A DNA stretch of 63,320 nt, filler included, from Globobulimina sp. (Eukaryota): assembly GCA_003354225.1 (NCBI GenBank). It is 56 parts of 56 records of this genome, joined end to end, with 100 filler letters (N's around TTAATTAATTAA, not from the genome) between each part and the next. Parts side by side here need not be neighbours in the genome. Positions count along the whole stretch, not along the records: positions 23,797 to 24,829 come from PIVH01025285.1; positions 24,930 to 25,962 come from PIVH01025286.1; positions 26,063 to 27,095 come from PIVH01025287.1; positions 27,196 to 28,228 come from PIVH01025288.1; positions 28,329 to 29,360 come from PIVH01025289.1; positions 29,461 to 30,492 come from PIVH01025290.1; positions 30,593 to 31,624 come from PIVH01025291.1; positions 31,725 to 32,756 come from PIVH01025292.1; 48 more parts are not named here. One strand, written 5' to 3'. Shown in pieces: positions 23,913 to 35,860 of the stretch (positions are counted from its first letter, which is position 1; the number at the start of each line of letters is the position of its first letter). The notes below the pieces were generated by a model. That model had not been told where the DNA came from. It saw only the letters and a program-made list of their open reading frames with translations, and did not search any database. The translations under genes and the position numbers were made by a program.

Positions 23913-24779
23913 TATTAATCTAAATCTATCCTATCCTAACCATCCTAACCTATCCTAACCAATGTTAACAAATCCTACCTATTCTAACCAATCTTAACCA
24001 ATCCTAACATATCCTAACCAATCATAATCTATCCTAAACAATCCTAACTAATCCTAACCAATCCTAACCAATCCTAACCAATCCTAACATATTCTAACCT
24101 ATTCTAACTTATCCTCACCAATCCTAACCAATCCTAACCAATCATAACCAATCCTAACACATGCTAACTTATTCTCACCAATCCTAACCAATCCTAACCA
24201 ATCCTAACACATCCTAACTTATTCTCACCAATCCTAACCAATCTTAACCAATCCTAACCAACCCTAAGCAATCCTAACCAATCCTAACCAATCCTCACCA
24301 ATCCTAACCAATCCTAACCAACCCTAACCAATCCTAACCAATCTTAACCAATCTTAACCAATCCTCACCAATCCTAACCAACCCTAACCAATTCTAACCA
24401 ATCTTAACCAATCTTAACCAATCTTAACCAATCTTAACCAATCCTAACCAATCCTAACCTATCCTAACCAATCCTAACCTATCCTAACCAATCCTAACCA
24501 ACCCTAACCAATCCTAACCAATCCTAACCTATCCTAACCAACCCTAATCAATCCTAACCAACCCTAACCAATCCTAACCTATCCTAGGATTGGTTAGGAT
24601 TGGTTAGGATTAGTTAGGATAGGTTAGGATAGGTTAGGATTGTTTAGGATAGATTATGATTGGTTAGGATATGTTAGGATTGGTTAAGATTGGTTAGAAT
24701 AGGTTAGGATTTGTTAACATTGGTTAGGATAGGATAGGATAGGTTAGGATGGTTAGGATAGGATAGATTTAGATTAATA
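23913..24779. repeat. 10-bp satellite (ATCCTAACCA)n in a head-to-head fold-back centred at 24585/24586
   Basis: About 65 units on +, switching at the palindrome ATCCTAGGAT; 24631-24779 is a near-identical reverse complement of 23913-24050. Confidence 0.9.
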
Positions 24780-24938
24780 TAGGATTAATATACGATTGTT
24801 TAGAATATGATAAGTTAGAATAAGTTATGNNNNNNNNNNNNNNNNNNNNNNNNNNNNNNNNNNNNNNNNNNNNTTAATTAATTAANNNNNNNNNNNNNNN
24901 NNNNNNNNNNNNNNNNNNNNNNNNNNNNNAGTGCTTTG

Positions 24939-25962
24939 AATATGATGCTCAAGTTGTTGTTTATTGAATTAATTTTATTACAAAACATATTTGGAGCACC
25001 ACATTATTTGCCAATTGATTCATCCGCTCCATGTCGCGGGAAAAGTAAGATTGAGGAGATTTCCATCCAAATGGATTGGGATATAACAAACATATACGAT
25101 GGGACAGGATGGTCAATATCAGGTTCAGGACTTTTGCCAAAAACAAAATACAGAGCAACAGTATGTGGTGGCATCAGCAATGACATCAAAGCATGCGAAG
25201 GCGAACGAACATGGTGTTTAGAAGTAACAAACATAACATCTGGAGAATGTATTGAAGGGTTATCAAATTGGGACACATCGTCATTAATAACATATTATGC
25301 AATAACCCTTTCATTACAAAAATACGCACATATTTATGGTATTCGTGTACAAGTCAATGATTCCGATGATATATTTAATAAACAATGTCCAGATGGACAT
25401 AGTACAGTGAATTACGACATAATCTGCCATGCGAATAAGACTGTGGCTTATTCAATCTATCAAGATGTCGAACATTGCTATTATACCGTCTCCATTCACA
25501 GTGTATTTGGCTGTGTCAATTACGAACCAATTCAAGGAGTTATTATTGATTATTTACTAGATATGAATCAAGGGCAAGCGTGTAAAGGCAAAAAGTACAT
25601 TGAACAGTTACAGATTGAACTGGAGTGGAATCTAGGTTTGAGATATATAATCCGTCCAAAATCCATATCATATGACGGCTTTAAGGAGTTGTTATTGTTT
25701 CGCTGCAATATATAAGTGTCACAATCATAACCTCTTGAAACCGATAGCTATGGCCACTGCTAACCACAATAAAAATATTTAGGCAAATTAGGCGATCCCA
25801 AAGGATTCGAGAAAACGGACATTATATTTGGCCAAGAACCAAATAGAATGTTTCGCTTATCGTTATGTGAGGGAATGAAGGATACTGCGTCCATTTGTCA
25901 ATCAGAAAGAGGTTTATGTTTAGAAGTTGCCTCATTGAATCGTTCCTGTATCAGACCATTAG
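24939..25962 (+). CDS. Secreted or luminal protein with tandem MRH (mannose-6-phosphate receptor homology)-like repeats, with intron
   Basis: Signal peptide; YRATVCG...C...CLEV...C...IICH...CYYTVSIHSVFGC. Repeat 2 begins ACKGKKYIEQLQIELEWNL and resumes after an intron (FRLSLCEG...CLEV). Confidence 0.55.
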
Positions 25963-26084
25963 NNNNNNNNNNNNNNNNNNNNNNNNNNNNNNNNNNNNNN
26001 NNNNNNTTAATTAATTAANNNNNNNNNNNNNNNNNNNNNNNNNNNNNNNNNNNNNNNNNNNNCAATTGCTGAGAGAAAAATAAT

Positions 26085-26121
26085 AAAATCCCCCTGACCC
26101 ATTTTGATCAGTGGGGATTTT
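26085..26121. terminator. Rho-independent terminator-like hairpin (possibly bidirectional)
   Basis: AAAATCCCCCTGA...TCAGTGGGGATTTT with A/T tails in a bacterial-looking contig. Confidence 0.65.
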
Positions 26122-26818
26122 ACACTTGTTTAAGATCTTTCTTTTCTTTTCCGGTTATTTCCGCATGCCGATTACAATTCGGATGCAATTATTTAGAAGC
26201 TATTTCATGTAAACACGCATTTTCTGAAAAAGTTTCGCTTATTTTAAAAAGATCTGTAAAATATTTTAAATTCTTGCCACCCTACTGAAAAACATTAACT
26301 GATCCAATTCGATCTTACACACCTACCCATATACATTTTTAAAATTATTTTTCTGGAATTGATGGTCGTGTGATAAGTATTCAATCGTTTGTCCAATAAA
26401 ATAACAATTAAAAGCAGCACGGACCTGCGAACGATTATTTAATAATTCAGCATGTTAGAATTCCTGATAACGCGGATGCAGCAGATGAAACCAAAAATGT
26501 GAATTCGGTTTCCTATAATATGGAACAAAACACCCTTTATTTAGTACCTGCAATCAATCCCGGTAGTTATTATTTTAGCTTGAACATTCATGTTTTATGT
26601 GTTAACAATATGTAATAATTGATTATTTAAAATGTATCCAAATAAGTTACTCTATCTGTATTGCGTTTTTTTATTTCTTCTGGCCTGCACTCTATCCCTG
26701 CCAAATTCATAATTAATCCTTTATGTTATATGGATATTCGATATTTTTGGCGCATTTTTTGCAACTTTATTCGGCAACGAAAAAAATCAACTATTTAAAT
26801 TTAAATGGATAAAAAAAA

Positions 26819-27095
26819 ATGACTCATTTTATCAAATTTCTCAAAAAATCACACACAATATGGCAATTAAACACATTGCCCATTAATGGGGCTTTGGGAC
26901 ATACAAACAGCGACCAGGAGACTTTTGCCAAAATTCCTGGAATCTTAACGCTGGATTGTGGGGTCCATTTTAGAAAGATAAAGTCGTGCGCAACATGCTT
27001 GCTTACAATTTTATTCCTCCTTTCCACCTGCTTTTCCACGTTCGCCGGTGAGGCGGACGATTACGTTGCCGGACAGGTCACGGTTTTATTTAAAA
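26819..27095 (+). CDS. Secreted bacterial protein N-terminus, possibly an S8 peptidase pro-domain; start uncertain
   Basis: Signal-like LLTILFLLSTCFSTFA followed by DYVAGQVTVLFK. Confidence 0.4.
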
Positions 27096-28328
27096 NNNNN
27101 NNNNNNNNNNNNNNNNNNNNNNNNNNNNNNNNNNNNNNNTTAATTAATTAANNNNNNNNNNNNNNNNNNNNNNNNNNNNNNNNNNNNNNNNNNNNTGTAT
27201 TTATTTCCTATACATTTACATTGTAGCATTTTGCTTGGTTTTCAATATTAAAAAATCTTACAGTTTTTTTTCCTTTGTATAGCCTGATCAGCCTATGCAA
27301 GAGTAACAAAATATCAAATTATATCGCGACTTAATGTAGTGAACTTTCAAATGCGAGCTATGTTGATGTGGGTCCGGCGATTGACGCCAGATGGCGCAAA
27401 TGTACAATGCTTTGAAAGCCGCCAAATTCAAGCAAAATATGCACCCGTTTATATTTATTGTATCAGATTCAAATTTATATCAGTCATCATTTATCATATG
27501 TTGTGTGAAAAAAATATATTAGCTTGATACTATATCTACAGGGCACTGAAATATAAGCCAATTACCACACGGCGGGGTCTCAAGTGCTAGGCTTAAAGAA
27601 GGATTACCTCCCGCTCATTGGTTAAATAGAGGTTCCGAACCTATAGATTGTCAAAAGGTGACAAATTGAAACTTTTATGGCTTAATTTAGTAAAACCACT
27701 AACTGTCATCTTGGTCCAGAAAGGGTTTGTTCAGAAATGTGTTTTTAAGTGAAATATCACTCATTATGTGAGCTGCTACCAAGGCCTACCCCTTACCAAA
27801 TGATGGTAAAATGGCCATATTTACATGCTTACATAAAGTGTCACCCAAGTAAAACTCCTGATTTATTTAAACTAAAATTGATCTATCTTGTTATAAAATG
27901 TGTGTAGATACAAAAAACAAAAAATTCTATTAAAGTGATAAATATCTAGATTTTTATGCAAATTTAATTAATTTTTGGATAAATATACAAAAAAAATCAG
28001 GAAATTTCCCATGTAAATTGTCAAAATTTTGCTTTACACAACTAAAAACATGCTATTTGATAGATAAAGGTGTGTATTTTTACTTGTTTGTGCCAGGGGT
28101 GGGAGTCTGGGGTGCTCCCCAAATTTTATTTCATTTTATCGGGTGTTAAATTGTGGATTTTGGTGCATTCTCATCCCTCCTATTTTATGACCCCCCATCA
28201 TGGAGGTGATGAAATGTTGTGCCCCCCCNNNNNNNNNNNNNNNNNNNNNNNNNNNNNNNNNNNNNNNNNNNNTTAATTAATTAANNNNNNNNNNNNNNNN
28301 NNNNNNNNNNNNNNNNNNNNNNNNNNNN

Positions 28329-28593
28329 AAAACCTTAATACCATAAAATCAATGCAGGTTGACACCCATCCGATATTTATGGACCATCGGCCTGTGGTAT
28401 TCTCTTTGAATAATACTAAATGCCGCACCAAAATAATTGATAAACATTACATTCTTCGCAATCACAAACCCAATGCCATCCTCACTGCAATTCACCATAA
28501 CATTCTGGAGAGCAAAATCAAACACATTGAGAAATTCACATCAAATGTTGAGCATTTCACTAATAAAACTCGCCTAGAATACATTTCCCACAT
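28329..28593 (+). pseudogene. LINE apurinic-endonuclease domain C-terminal fragment, interrupted by a TIR element
   Basis: MDHRPVVFSL resembles the SDHxP motif ending APE domains; the frame ends just inside the TAGGG element. Confidence 0.45.
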
Positions 28594-29360
28594 TAGGGGT
28601 GTCCGATAAGTACTGATTTTTTCAAAAACTTTTCAAACAGCCTTTTTTTTTTCAATCAGTTCGATAAGTGCCAAAGAAAAGGGAAGAATCATGCCGATGA
28701 TTATGCGAATGGAATGGATGGCACAAATGGATTATTTTTATGAAATATTGCATCCATCACATAACAAAAATGGTATCAAAAATGAGAAATTTTGGTACGT
28801 GGCATCCACTGATCCACAGCCACAGCACACCACAATCAAATAATTTGGAGGCAATTCATAGCCACGCAAAAACAAACGATATTTGTAGTGAGATAGATAT
28901 TTAATTTGTGGCAATCCACAGTCATGCATATATAGATTTAAGTGGTATTTAATTGGCAATCAACAGCCATAGCACACAAAAAAAAGAAAAAGAAAAAAAT
29001 TGATATTTGAATAAATAATTTGGGGCAATCCACAGCCACAAAAAACAAAAACAACACACATATAATCATATATTGATTTATATAAATATTATTACATATA
29101 TTGGTGTGCCATCACACAAAGCACCAATACTATCCATTTTGTTGTGATGGTGCTTAAGGAGAGCATATACTATTTTAATTGGGTTCAAATCCCAAACATC
29201 ACATTTTATTATTTTTTCTGAAATAGGGTCAATGTTTTGTTTGTTTTGTGTGTGGATGTTTTAAAGTCATTCTTGTTAAGATTCTATAATATAAAAAAAA
29301 TGAAAATACTTATCGAACTGATTGCATTTTTGAGAGCTGTTTGATAAGTTTTTGAAAAAA
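28594..29360. mobile_element. Non-autonomous TIR element (MITE; TAGGG terminus), right end cut by the contig end
   Basis: 28617-28669 is an imperfect reverse complement of 29308-29360. Internal ATCCACAG repeats. Related termini at 51135 and 62775. Confidence 0.75.
29143..29207 (+). ncRNA. tRNA-like structure lacking the anticodon arm (copy 1)
   Basis: Acceptor TGTGATG/CATCACA, D-arm GCTT-AAGGA-GAGC, 14-nt linker, T-arm TTGGG-TTCAAAT-CCCAA, then TTTT. Confidence 0.6.
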
Positions 29361-29460
29361 NNNNNNNNNNNNNNNNNNNNNNNNNNNNNNNNNNNNNNNN
29401 NNNNTTAATTAATTAANNNNNNNNNNNNNNNNNNNNNNNNNNNNNNNNNNNNNNNNNNNN

Positions 29461-30308
29461 TCTTTTTTTCCCTTTCTTATGCTTAACATTTATGTTTTTA
29501 TCTTTACCGTCACCAAGTCTCTCAATCATGTGATCAATCCATAAACATTCAGCCAAAACAAATGGTGTAACCATAAAGTGCTCAACAGCCTCAACTGCTT
29601 CATCCGTTTTTTCATCATTCCGGTACATATTCAATACATTACATTTCTCAACCAATTTAGCAACATAATTTATATACGTTTTCATATCATATTTTAATGA
29701 TAAACCAGGTGATATCGCCAACATTGACTGCAATATACAAAGCAAATAATATTTGACATAACACAGAAAACATAAAAAATAACTTCATCAGCCATAAATG
29801 GTATGACTTTGGTATAAATTGCTAATATCAGTGATGCTGTAGCAACGCCAACACCTTTCAATTTAGCCAATGCTTTAATACTTAATTTAAGTTTATCACT
29901 ATTATTTATCTCATTTCCTTCTGTATTCATTGCATGTTTTATTATTTTAAATGCATTTTTTGAGCATTCAATAACTTCCTTGTTGTTATTTGAGTCAATT
30001 AATGTTTGCAAACGGGGTCTAAACTGACCACGGAATAATTTCCATTTCATTGCAATTGATAATTCATCCAATGTCATATAAGATTCATCATTCTTTTTCT
30101 CTCTATTTTTTATTGTTTTATGTAGTTTATTGAATAAATAGTTGTCAAACTCCACCAATTTCATGTTACTTATTAATTCCTCCTTATTTTTCCTTTTACT
30201 CTTCATCAACGATTCTAAAGCTTTTTGTTGCTTCTTACTTACATATTCATCTCGTTTATTATAAATAGCCATCCATTCATGGACAGCATCACTGCTAAAC
30301 AAAGACAT
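29461..30308 (-). CDS. HhH DNA-glycosylase-like protein (Amun-like), one intron
   Basis: ELSIAMKWKLFRGQFRPRL, LKGVGVATASLIL and PFMADE, then an intron, then SML...LKY...LW. Confidence 0.8.
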
Positions 30309-30861
30309 CGCAAATTTTGAGGTTAGCAGACGAAACAAACTGAGTAGTGACCACAAAACTTGCAATCGCTCGAAATAAAAATGACTTCCTTGTCGATAAG
30401 GAGGTGTTAATTGGGTAATATACCAACAATCCCTAATTGCAATTGAGAGGAGTCACAAAATCTGCAAAAACAATCTGAAAAATGGCATATCANNNNNNNN
30501 NNNNNNNNNNNNNNNNNNNNNNNNNNNNNNNNNNNNTTAATTAATTAANNNNNNNNNNNNNNNNNNNNNNNNNNNNNNNNNNNNNNNNNNNNCATCCGCA
30601 TTGCCTTTCGCATCCCGCAGGTTCGAGTGGTGGTGAAGGCGTTGATTGCGTCGCTGACCAATGTGATAAACACAATGTTGTATACGTGGAACAAGGGTTT
30701 TATGTGAAAGATGAAGATACAATATAACCTCTTATCTATTTATTTATTTCTTTCTTTTATTTCTTCAAGTTTTTAAAAAGTCTTTCTTTTTTAGTGAAGT
30801 ACCATAGTCGTTATCAGAAAGTCGTGAGAAACAGTTATTTTTCAAAGCAACATAACAGTCT

Positions 30862-31624
30862 ATGTCTATTACAGTTAATGTGGGCAATGCATTACGCCAC
30901 ACAAACATGAAACGGATCATAGCAAACAGTATAATATCAACCACAAGATTACCAAATGCACCGTCACAAACTGATCCTGATTTCACTATCAACAACGCGT
31001 TGATAGAATTTTATGATGATATTGCGTTGATTTTATCATTCAATGAAATCAAGAAAGTTGTAAACAACGTGGAATTTATTGCATATAAAATAGTTCGTGG
31101 AGGTACAACCGCGGATTATCGTACATTAAGAAAATGTGCCCAAGGCAGCCTTATCATCACCGATGATAATCATCCATTAAATGCACAAAGCGATTCAAAT
31201 GGACGCATCACGCCAACAATGGGTCAGATCAAATGTTGGGAAGTTATCGAAAACATTAAATCGGTCGTAATTAATATCTTGGAATTGAAATTGGCATCGT
31301 GGTTGGAGGAAGAATTAGATTATCCGACGTTAAATCTTCTCGACACGTTATTAAAATCATTAAAAGGATCAGCAAATCATCCAAATCCGGATGGCGTGGA
31401 TGAATTTATTAGCATCACTTCGTTCATTTGGCGCTTGGCAGTGAAATCCTGGAATAACTGGCTAGGGAATGGCGAGAGAAAAGTGACCATCCACAATACC
31501 CCAAGTCTTGAGATGTACGAAGGTCGTGACTTTGGCTTACAAAAAGTAAAAGTACATTATAAAATTAACACATTCGACATTGAATGGCAAGGTTTAGGTC
31601 AATGGATATCAAAATTGCAGGAAG
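30862..31624 (+). CDS. Orphan hypothetical protein, 3' partial
   Basis: 254 open codons from ATG; no recognised motif. Confidence 0.55.
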
Positions 31625-31724
31625 NNNNNNNNNNNNNNNNNNNNNNNNNNNNNNNNNNNNNNNNNNNNTTAATTAATTAANNNNNNNNNNNNNNNNNNNN
31701 NNNNNNNNNNNNNNNNNNNNNNNN

Positions 31725-31873
31725 CAATTATCTCTAATTAGTTGAATTATCTCTGATTACCTCCAATTACCTTAATTACCTGTCATTACCTCATATTATC
31801 TATAATTAAGCCTAATTATCTACAATTATCTCTTAATTATCTCATATTATCTTTAATTATCTGTAATTATCTC
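31725..31873. repeat. Degenerate ATTATCT/ATTACCT tandem repeat of about 10 bp
   Basis: Direct reading. Confidence 0.8.
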
Positions 31874-31948
31874 TTTTTTGTGATTTTCATAAAACGAAAA
31901 TAGCGTTATTCGTTACAGATATTTCTAAACAACAACGTTTGTACAGAT

Positions 31949-32647
31949 TTGGTTTCTCCATTATCCAAACAAGCCCGTGTTGTACTATTAACGTATGGAT
32001 ATATCAGAAAACATAATGGATATCCAATTCCAAAGGATTTATATGAAATAATTCTGTGTTTTGTTGGAGGAGTTTCTGGTTTTGGACTGCGTGCATTGAT
32101 GACAAGTAAAGAAATTGGAGCTGAACAACCCAATTTTTGTGAACGTTTAAGTGAACAAACTAAACAAATCATTGAGTGTTTATGTGAATGTGTTAAAATT
32201 GTGATATTGTGCTCTCTTAATTGTGCTTTAATTGTGCCGTTTGGTGCAGTTGGCGCAGATATTGCATGTTTGATAATTAATAGAAATAATCGTTGCAATG
32301 ATACTATGGATGAAACAAGCAATAAATATGTAGCATTTGATTTGAATACATGGATATTGTATGGATCGATAAGTCATATTGCTGCATCAGCATTGTTTAT
32401 TTGTTGTGCTTATTTGTTGTTACTATTTGAAGTGGGTGTTGCGGTCCGTTGTGTTAGAGTTAGTTTAGCATTTCTATGGTGTTTTTTTGTTTCATGGATG
32501 GTGATTGGATTTTTATTTTACTCAGAGATGGATAATTCAGATAAACAATGTACAAATGTGGTCTTATCTTGGTTAATTATACAAGCCATGGAAATCATTG
32601 TAATTCCCGTTTGTAGTGTTATATTAAGTTTAGATATTAAGTACTAA
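31949..32647 (+). CDS. Membrane protein with an N-terminal GYIR...IP.D (F-box-like) motif; start uncertain
   Basis: LLTYGYIRKHNGYPIPKDLYEIILCF followed by about four hydrophobic helices with extracellular Cys. Confidence 0.6.
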   Translation: MVSPLSKQARVVLLTYGYIRKHNGYPIPKDLYEIILCFVGGVSGFGLRALMTSKEIGAEQPNFCERLSEQTKQIIECLCECVKIVILCSLNCALIVPFGAVGADIACLIINRNNRCNDTMDETSNKYVAFDLNTWILYGSISHIAASALFICCAYLLLLFEVGVAVRCVRVSLAFLWCFFVSWMVIGFLFYSEMDNSDKQCTNVVLSWLIIQAMEIIVIPVCSVILSLDIKY

Positions 32648-33160
32648 GCAATTTGAATGGACTTGATCTGGTGCATTCTCTGTGAATCTCAATCGCTGAT
32701 TAAAATGAACAACAGGCTAGTGAGGGTGAACACAAAACCTTTTAAACATGTCAAGTNNNNNNNNNNNNNNNNNNNNNNNNNNNNNNNNNNNNNNNNNNNN
32801 TTAATTAATTAANNNNNNNNNNNNNNNNNNNNNNNNNNNNNNNNNNNNNNNNNNNNTGCAAAACAAAAACATTTAAAAAGCCATTCGGAAAAAAAAGCAT
32901 TAGCAATATTGTTAAAACAAGAAAAGAAACCGTTAAATAATAATATTAAAATTAAAGTATCAATGAAAATTTCTTTTGCCAAACTTCAAAAATATATAAT
33001 ACACATAACATTAAATGTGTTGACCCAAAGGGGATTCACCTTTTTCAAAATGGTATTTGCCAGTTATGTAAATAAATAATGTTTTTTTTCATTTAAACAT
33101 CAACCTAACTTTAACCATCCTTTCGATCATATCTTTAACAACCAAAACAAAACCAACACA

Positions 33161-33888
33161 ATGTCTCAATATGAAATGAATGAAGAAGATAAATTATACG
33201 ATGAGGTAATGATAAATTAATCATCTTACATTAATTTTATTGTCTTTTGCTCACAAATCCTCGCACCATAACAAACAAAACAAAACACAGTTTGGCAACT
33301 ACATTGGTCCAGACTTATCCGATGAAGACACCGACGATTCCTCAAACTCCGACAACTCAGATGATTGGGACGAATTTGCCGCACACAAAGCATCCCCACA
33401 CAGCCAACCACCCGCACCGCAGCCAATGGCGCAAGATGGCCTCGACCACAACAACCACGATGACGACGACCAAGACATAGATTTAGCCGAATTAAACGAC
33501 ACCAACATCCAATCCGAATTTGAAGAATCCGCCGCAAACACTATGAAACTACTCATTCACGGACAAAACAGCCAAACCGCCACAGACAACAGCAACGCTA
33601 TCGTCCTCCACGAAGACAAAGAATATTACAAATCCGCACAAGAAACCTATGGCTCCGACGTAGAAATCCAAATCGAAGAAGAAGACACGCAGCCAATCGA
33701 CACTCCGATCATCGCTCCCATCAAAGAGAAGTGCTTTGAATTGATCGAACGCAAACTGCCCACAACTAGCTTCAACTGGAAATTCCTCGCTTCCTTAATG
33801 GATTTACCGCCGTTAATACGCAACATCGGCTTCATCGGACACTTACATCATGGAAAGACATCCTTTATCGACATGTTAGTGAAACAAA
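33161..33888 (+). CDS. EFTUD2: U5 snRNP GTPase Snu114/EFTUD2, N-terminal part (intron 33206-33290)
   Basis: LYDE|FGNYIGP, IVLHEDKEYY, EEDTQP...PII and RNIGFIGHLHHGKTSFIDML. Confidence 0.97.
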
Positions 33889-34416
33889 NNNNNNNNNNNN
33901 NNNNNNNNNNNNNNNNNNNNNNNNNNNNNNNNTTAATTAATTAANNNNNNNNNNNNNNNNNNNNNNNNNNNNNNNNNNNNNNNNNNNNATGTAAAAAACT
34001 CGATGTGGGTAATACAACAAAAGCAGCTGTTGATGCATTTTATTGATTGTCCGCTAATGAAATCAATTATGCAACTATAAATAGGAAAAATCTAGAATCG
34101 TTTTCAACAAAAATAAACAAACTGAATTACTTAAAAAGATGCAGCAACTCCTAAACTTAGATCGGTCAAGAAAAATAATACGCCGGAAATATTAACAAAA
34201 GTGCCATTTCACATCGAAAAAATCAAACAAATTCAGCTACCGTTAGAGCAAGTACAAAAATGTAACTTTGACAAACAAAAACAGTCATTTAGGTATATAA
34301 TATTTTCTTTCATATAATACTATCCTATATAATATTTTCTTTTTTTAAAATATCAGGTTTTCTTTCATATAATATTCAGGTTTAATATTTTTCTATTTTC
34401 TTTCATATAATATTCA

Positions 34417-35020
34417 GGTTCAATATCCAAGAAGAGGATGAAAGCAGTAGTGGTGATGAAAGCAGTAATGATGATGATGACGACGACAAACATGACAACA
34501 ATGATCATGATGAAGATGATTATTTGGAAAATGAAGATTTGGAGAATGATACTAAAGCAAATTTGAGAAAACATTTTAAAAAATATTTATCAGAAACACA
34601 CAAAGAATTACATCTAACTGCTGTTGATGAACATTTTATTTTTCAGTTTGGCAGACGGTTAGAGAAATATGTTACTCGTCGTCGTCATGGTGGACAATTT
34701 CCATACACAAATTTATCTGTCGCGGATATACAAACATGTTATTATATTTTTGATGATAAGCAGATGGGTATTAATTTGCAGAATGTTAGAAAATTGATTC
34801 GTGGAGATTCACAAGTTCTTTCGAGGATTAAAAAAATGTTCAAGAGCCAAGACACAGTGTCTTTCGAGCAGGTAATGTCATGTTTATCAGACAAATACAT
34901 TATTTTATTTGCTTATGATTTTAATTATATGGGAGAGGAATGTAAAATTTCTCCTGCCAAGGACATGGACAAAGCAAACGTATTTTTATTATGCAGAACA
35001 AAATCGAACAAGCTAAATAT
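34417..35020 (+). CDS. Hypothetical eukaryotic protein exon (acidic tract then globular region)
   Basis: Open frame after a T-rich intron-like segment ending TTCAG. Confidence 0.45.
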
Positions 35021-35120
35021 NNNNNNNNNNNNNNNNNNNNNNNNNNNNNNNNNNNNNNNNNNNNTTAATTAATTAANNNNNNNNNNNNNNNNNNNNNNNN
35101 NNNNNNNNNNNNNNNNNNNN

Positions 35121-35860
35121 AATGACATTGGTTTTGCATATTGCGTTTCTGAGAAATCCACATCAATTTTGATTACACCATTCTTAAATTTATTTTGTTC
35201 CTTTTTTGATATCACATCATCATTTGAAGACAGCGTGCAATCAATGGAGTGTTCACACATTGTATACTCATCTTGCGTTTCAACATATTTTCGGATATAT
35301 CCATCCATTACTTTTGCTGGCACAGTTACAGGTAATGTCACACATTTATCTTTAATGTTTTCTAAGCATTTTTCACAAAAATGTCTACAATTATTCCGCC
35401 AATAACTGTATGTACCGTGTTTATTCATTGTATCTTCAGCAATCTCCATTATTTTATCCATATTTGTATGTAAAATATAAAATTGTTGACAATCATAATC
35501 ACGCGTATTATATATTGGTCCTTTTATTGATAAAACATTTTTTTTCTTCTCGATGTCGGTAAATAAATCAATGCAAAACACACGGCCAACCAATGTCGAC
35601 ATTGATGTTAATATATCATTAAATTCACTAAAATAACAAACAAATATTGATGCGTGGTCCAATTTTCCTTTGCTCCAAAAGCCAACTACCATATCTCTAT
35701 CCTGGCTCATTCTGGTTAAATAAGTTTTCGATTCATCCCTCAAAATATAACATTTTGATGGTTTTCTAATGTTGTCTGTCCAATTGATAAGATCATCATC
35801 TTGCTTAATAGAATTACCAGTGCTGGCAATACTGACTGAACAAGCAGCGCCCATGGCCAT
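35121..35860 (-). CDS. Permuted papain-like (PPPDE/LRAT-type) peptidase with possible N-myristoylation
   Basis: MGAACS N-terminus; His (LDHASIFV) precedes YSYWRNNCRHF. Confidence 0.6.

Noticed and set aside
23925-24585. True telomere
   Set aside because: The unit is a degenerate 10-mer, internal to the contig, inverted in the middle and flanked by other sequence.
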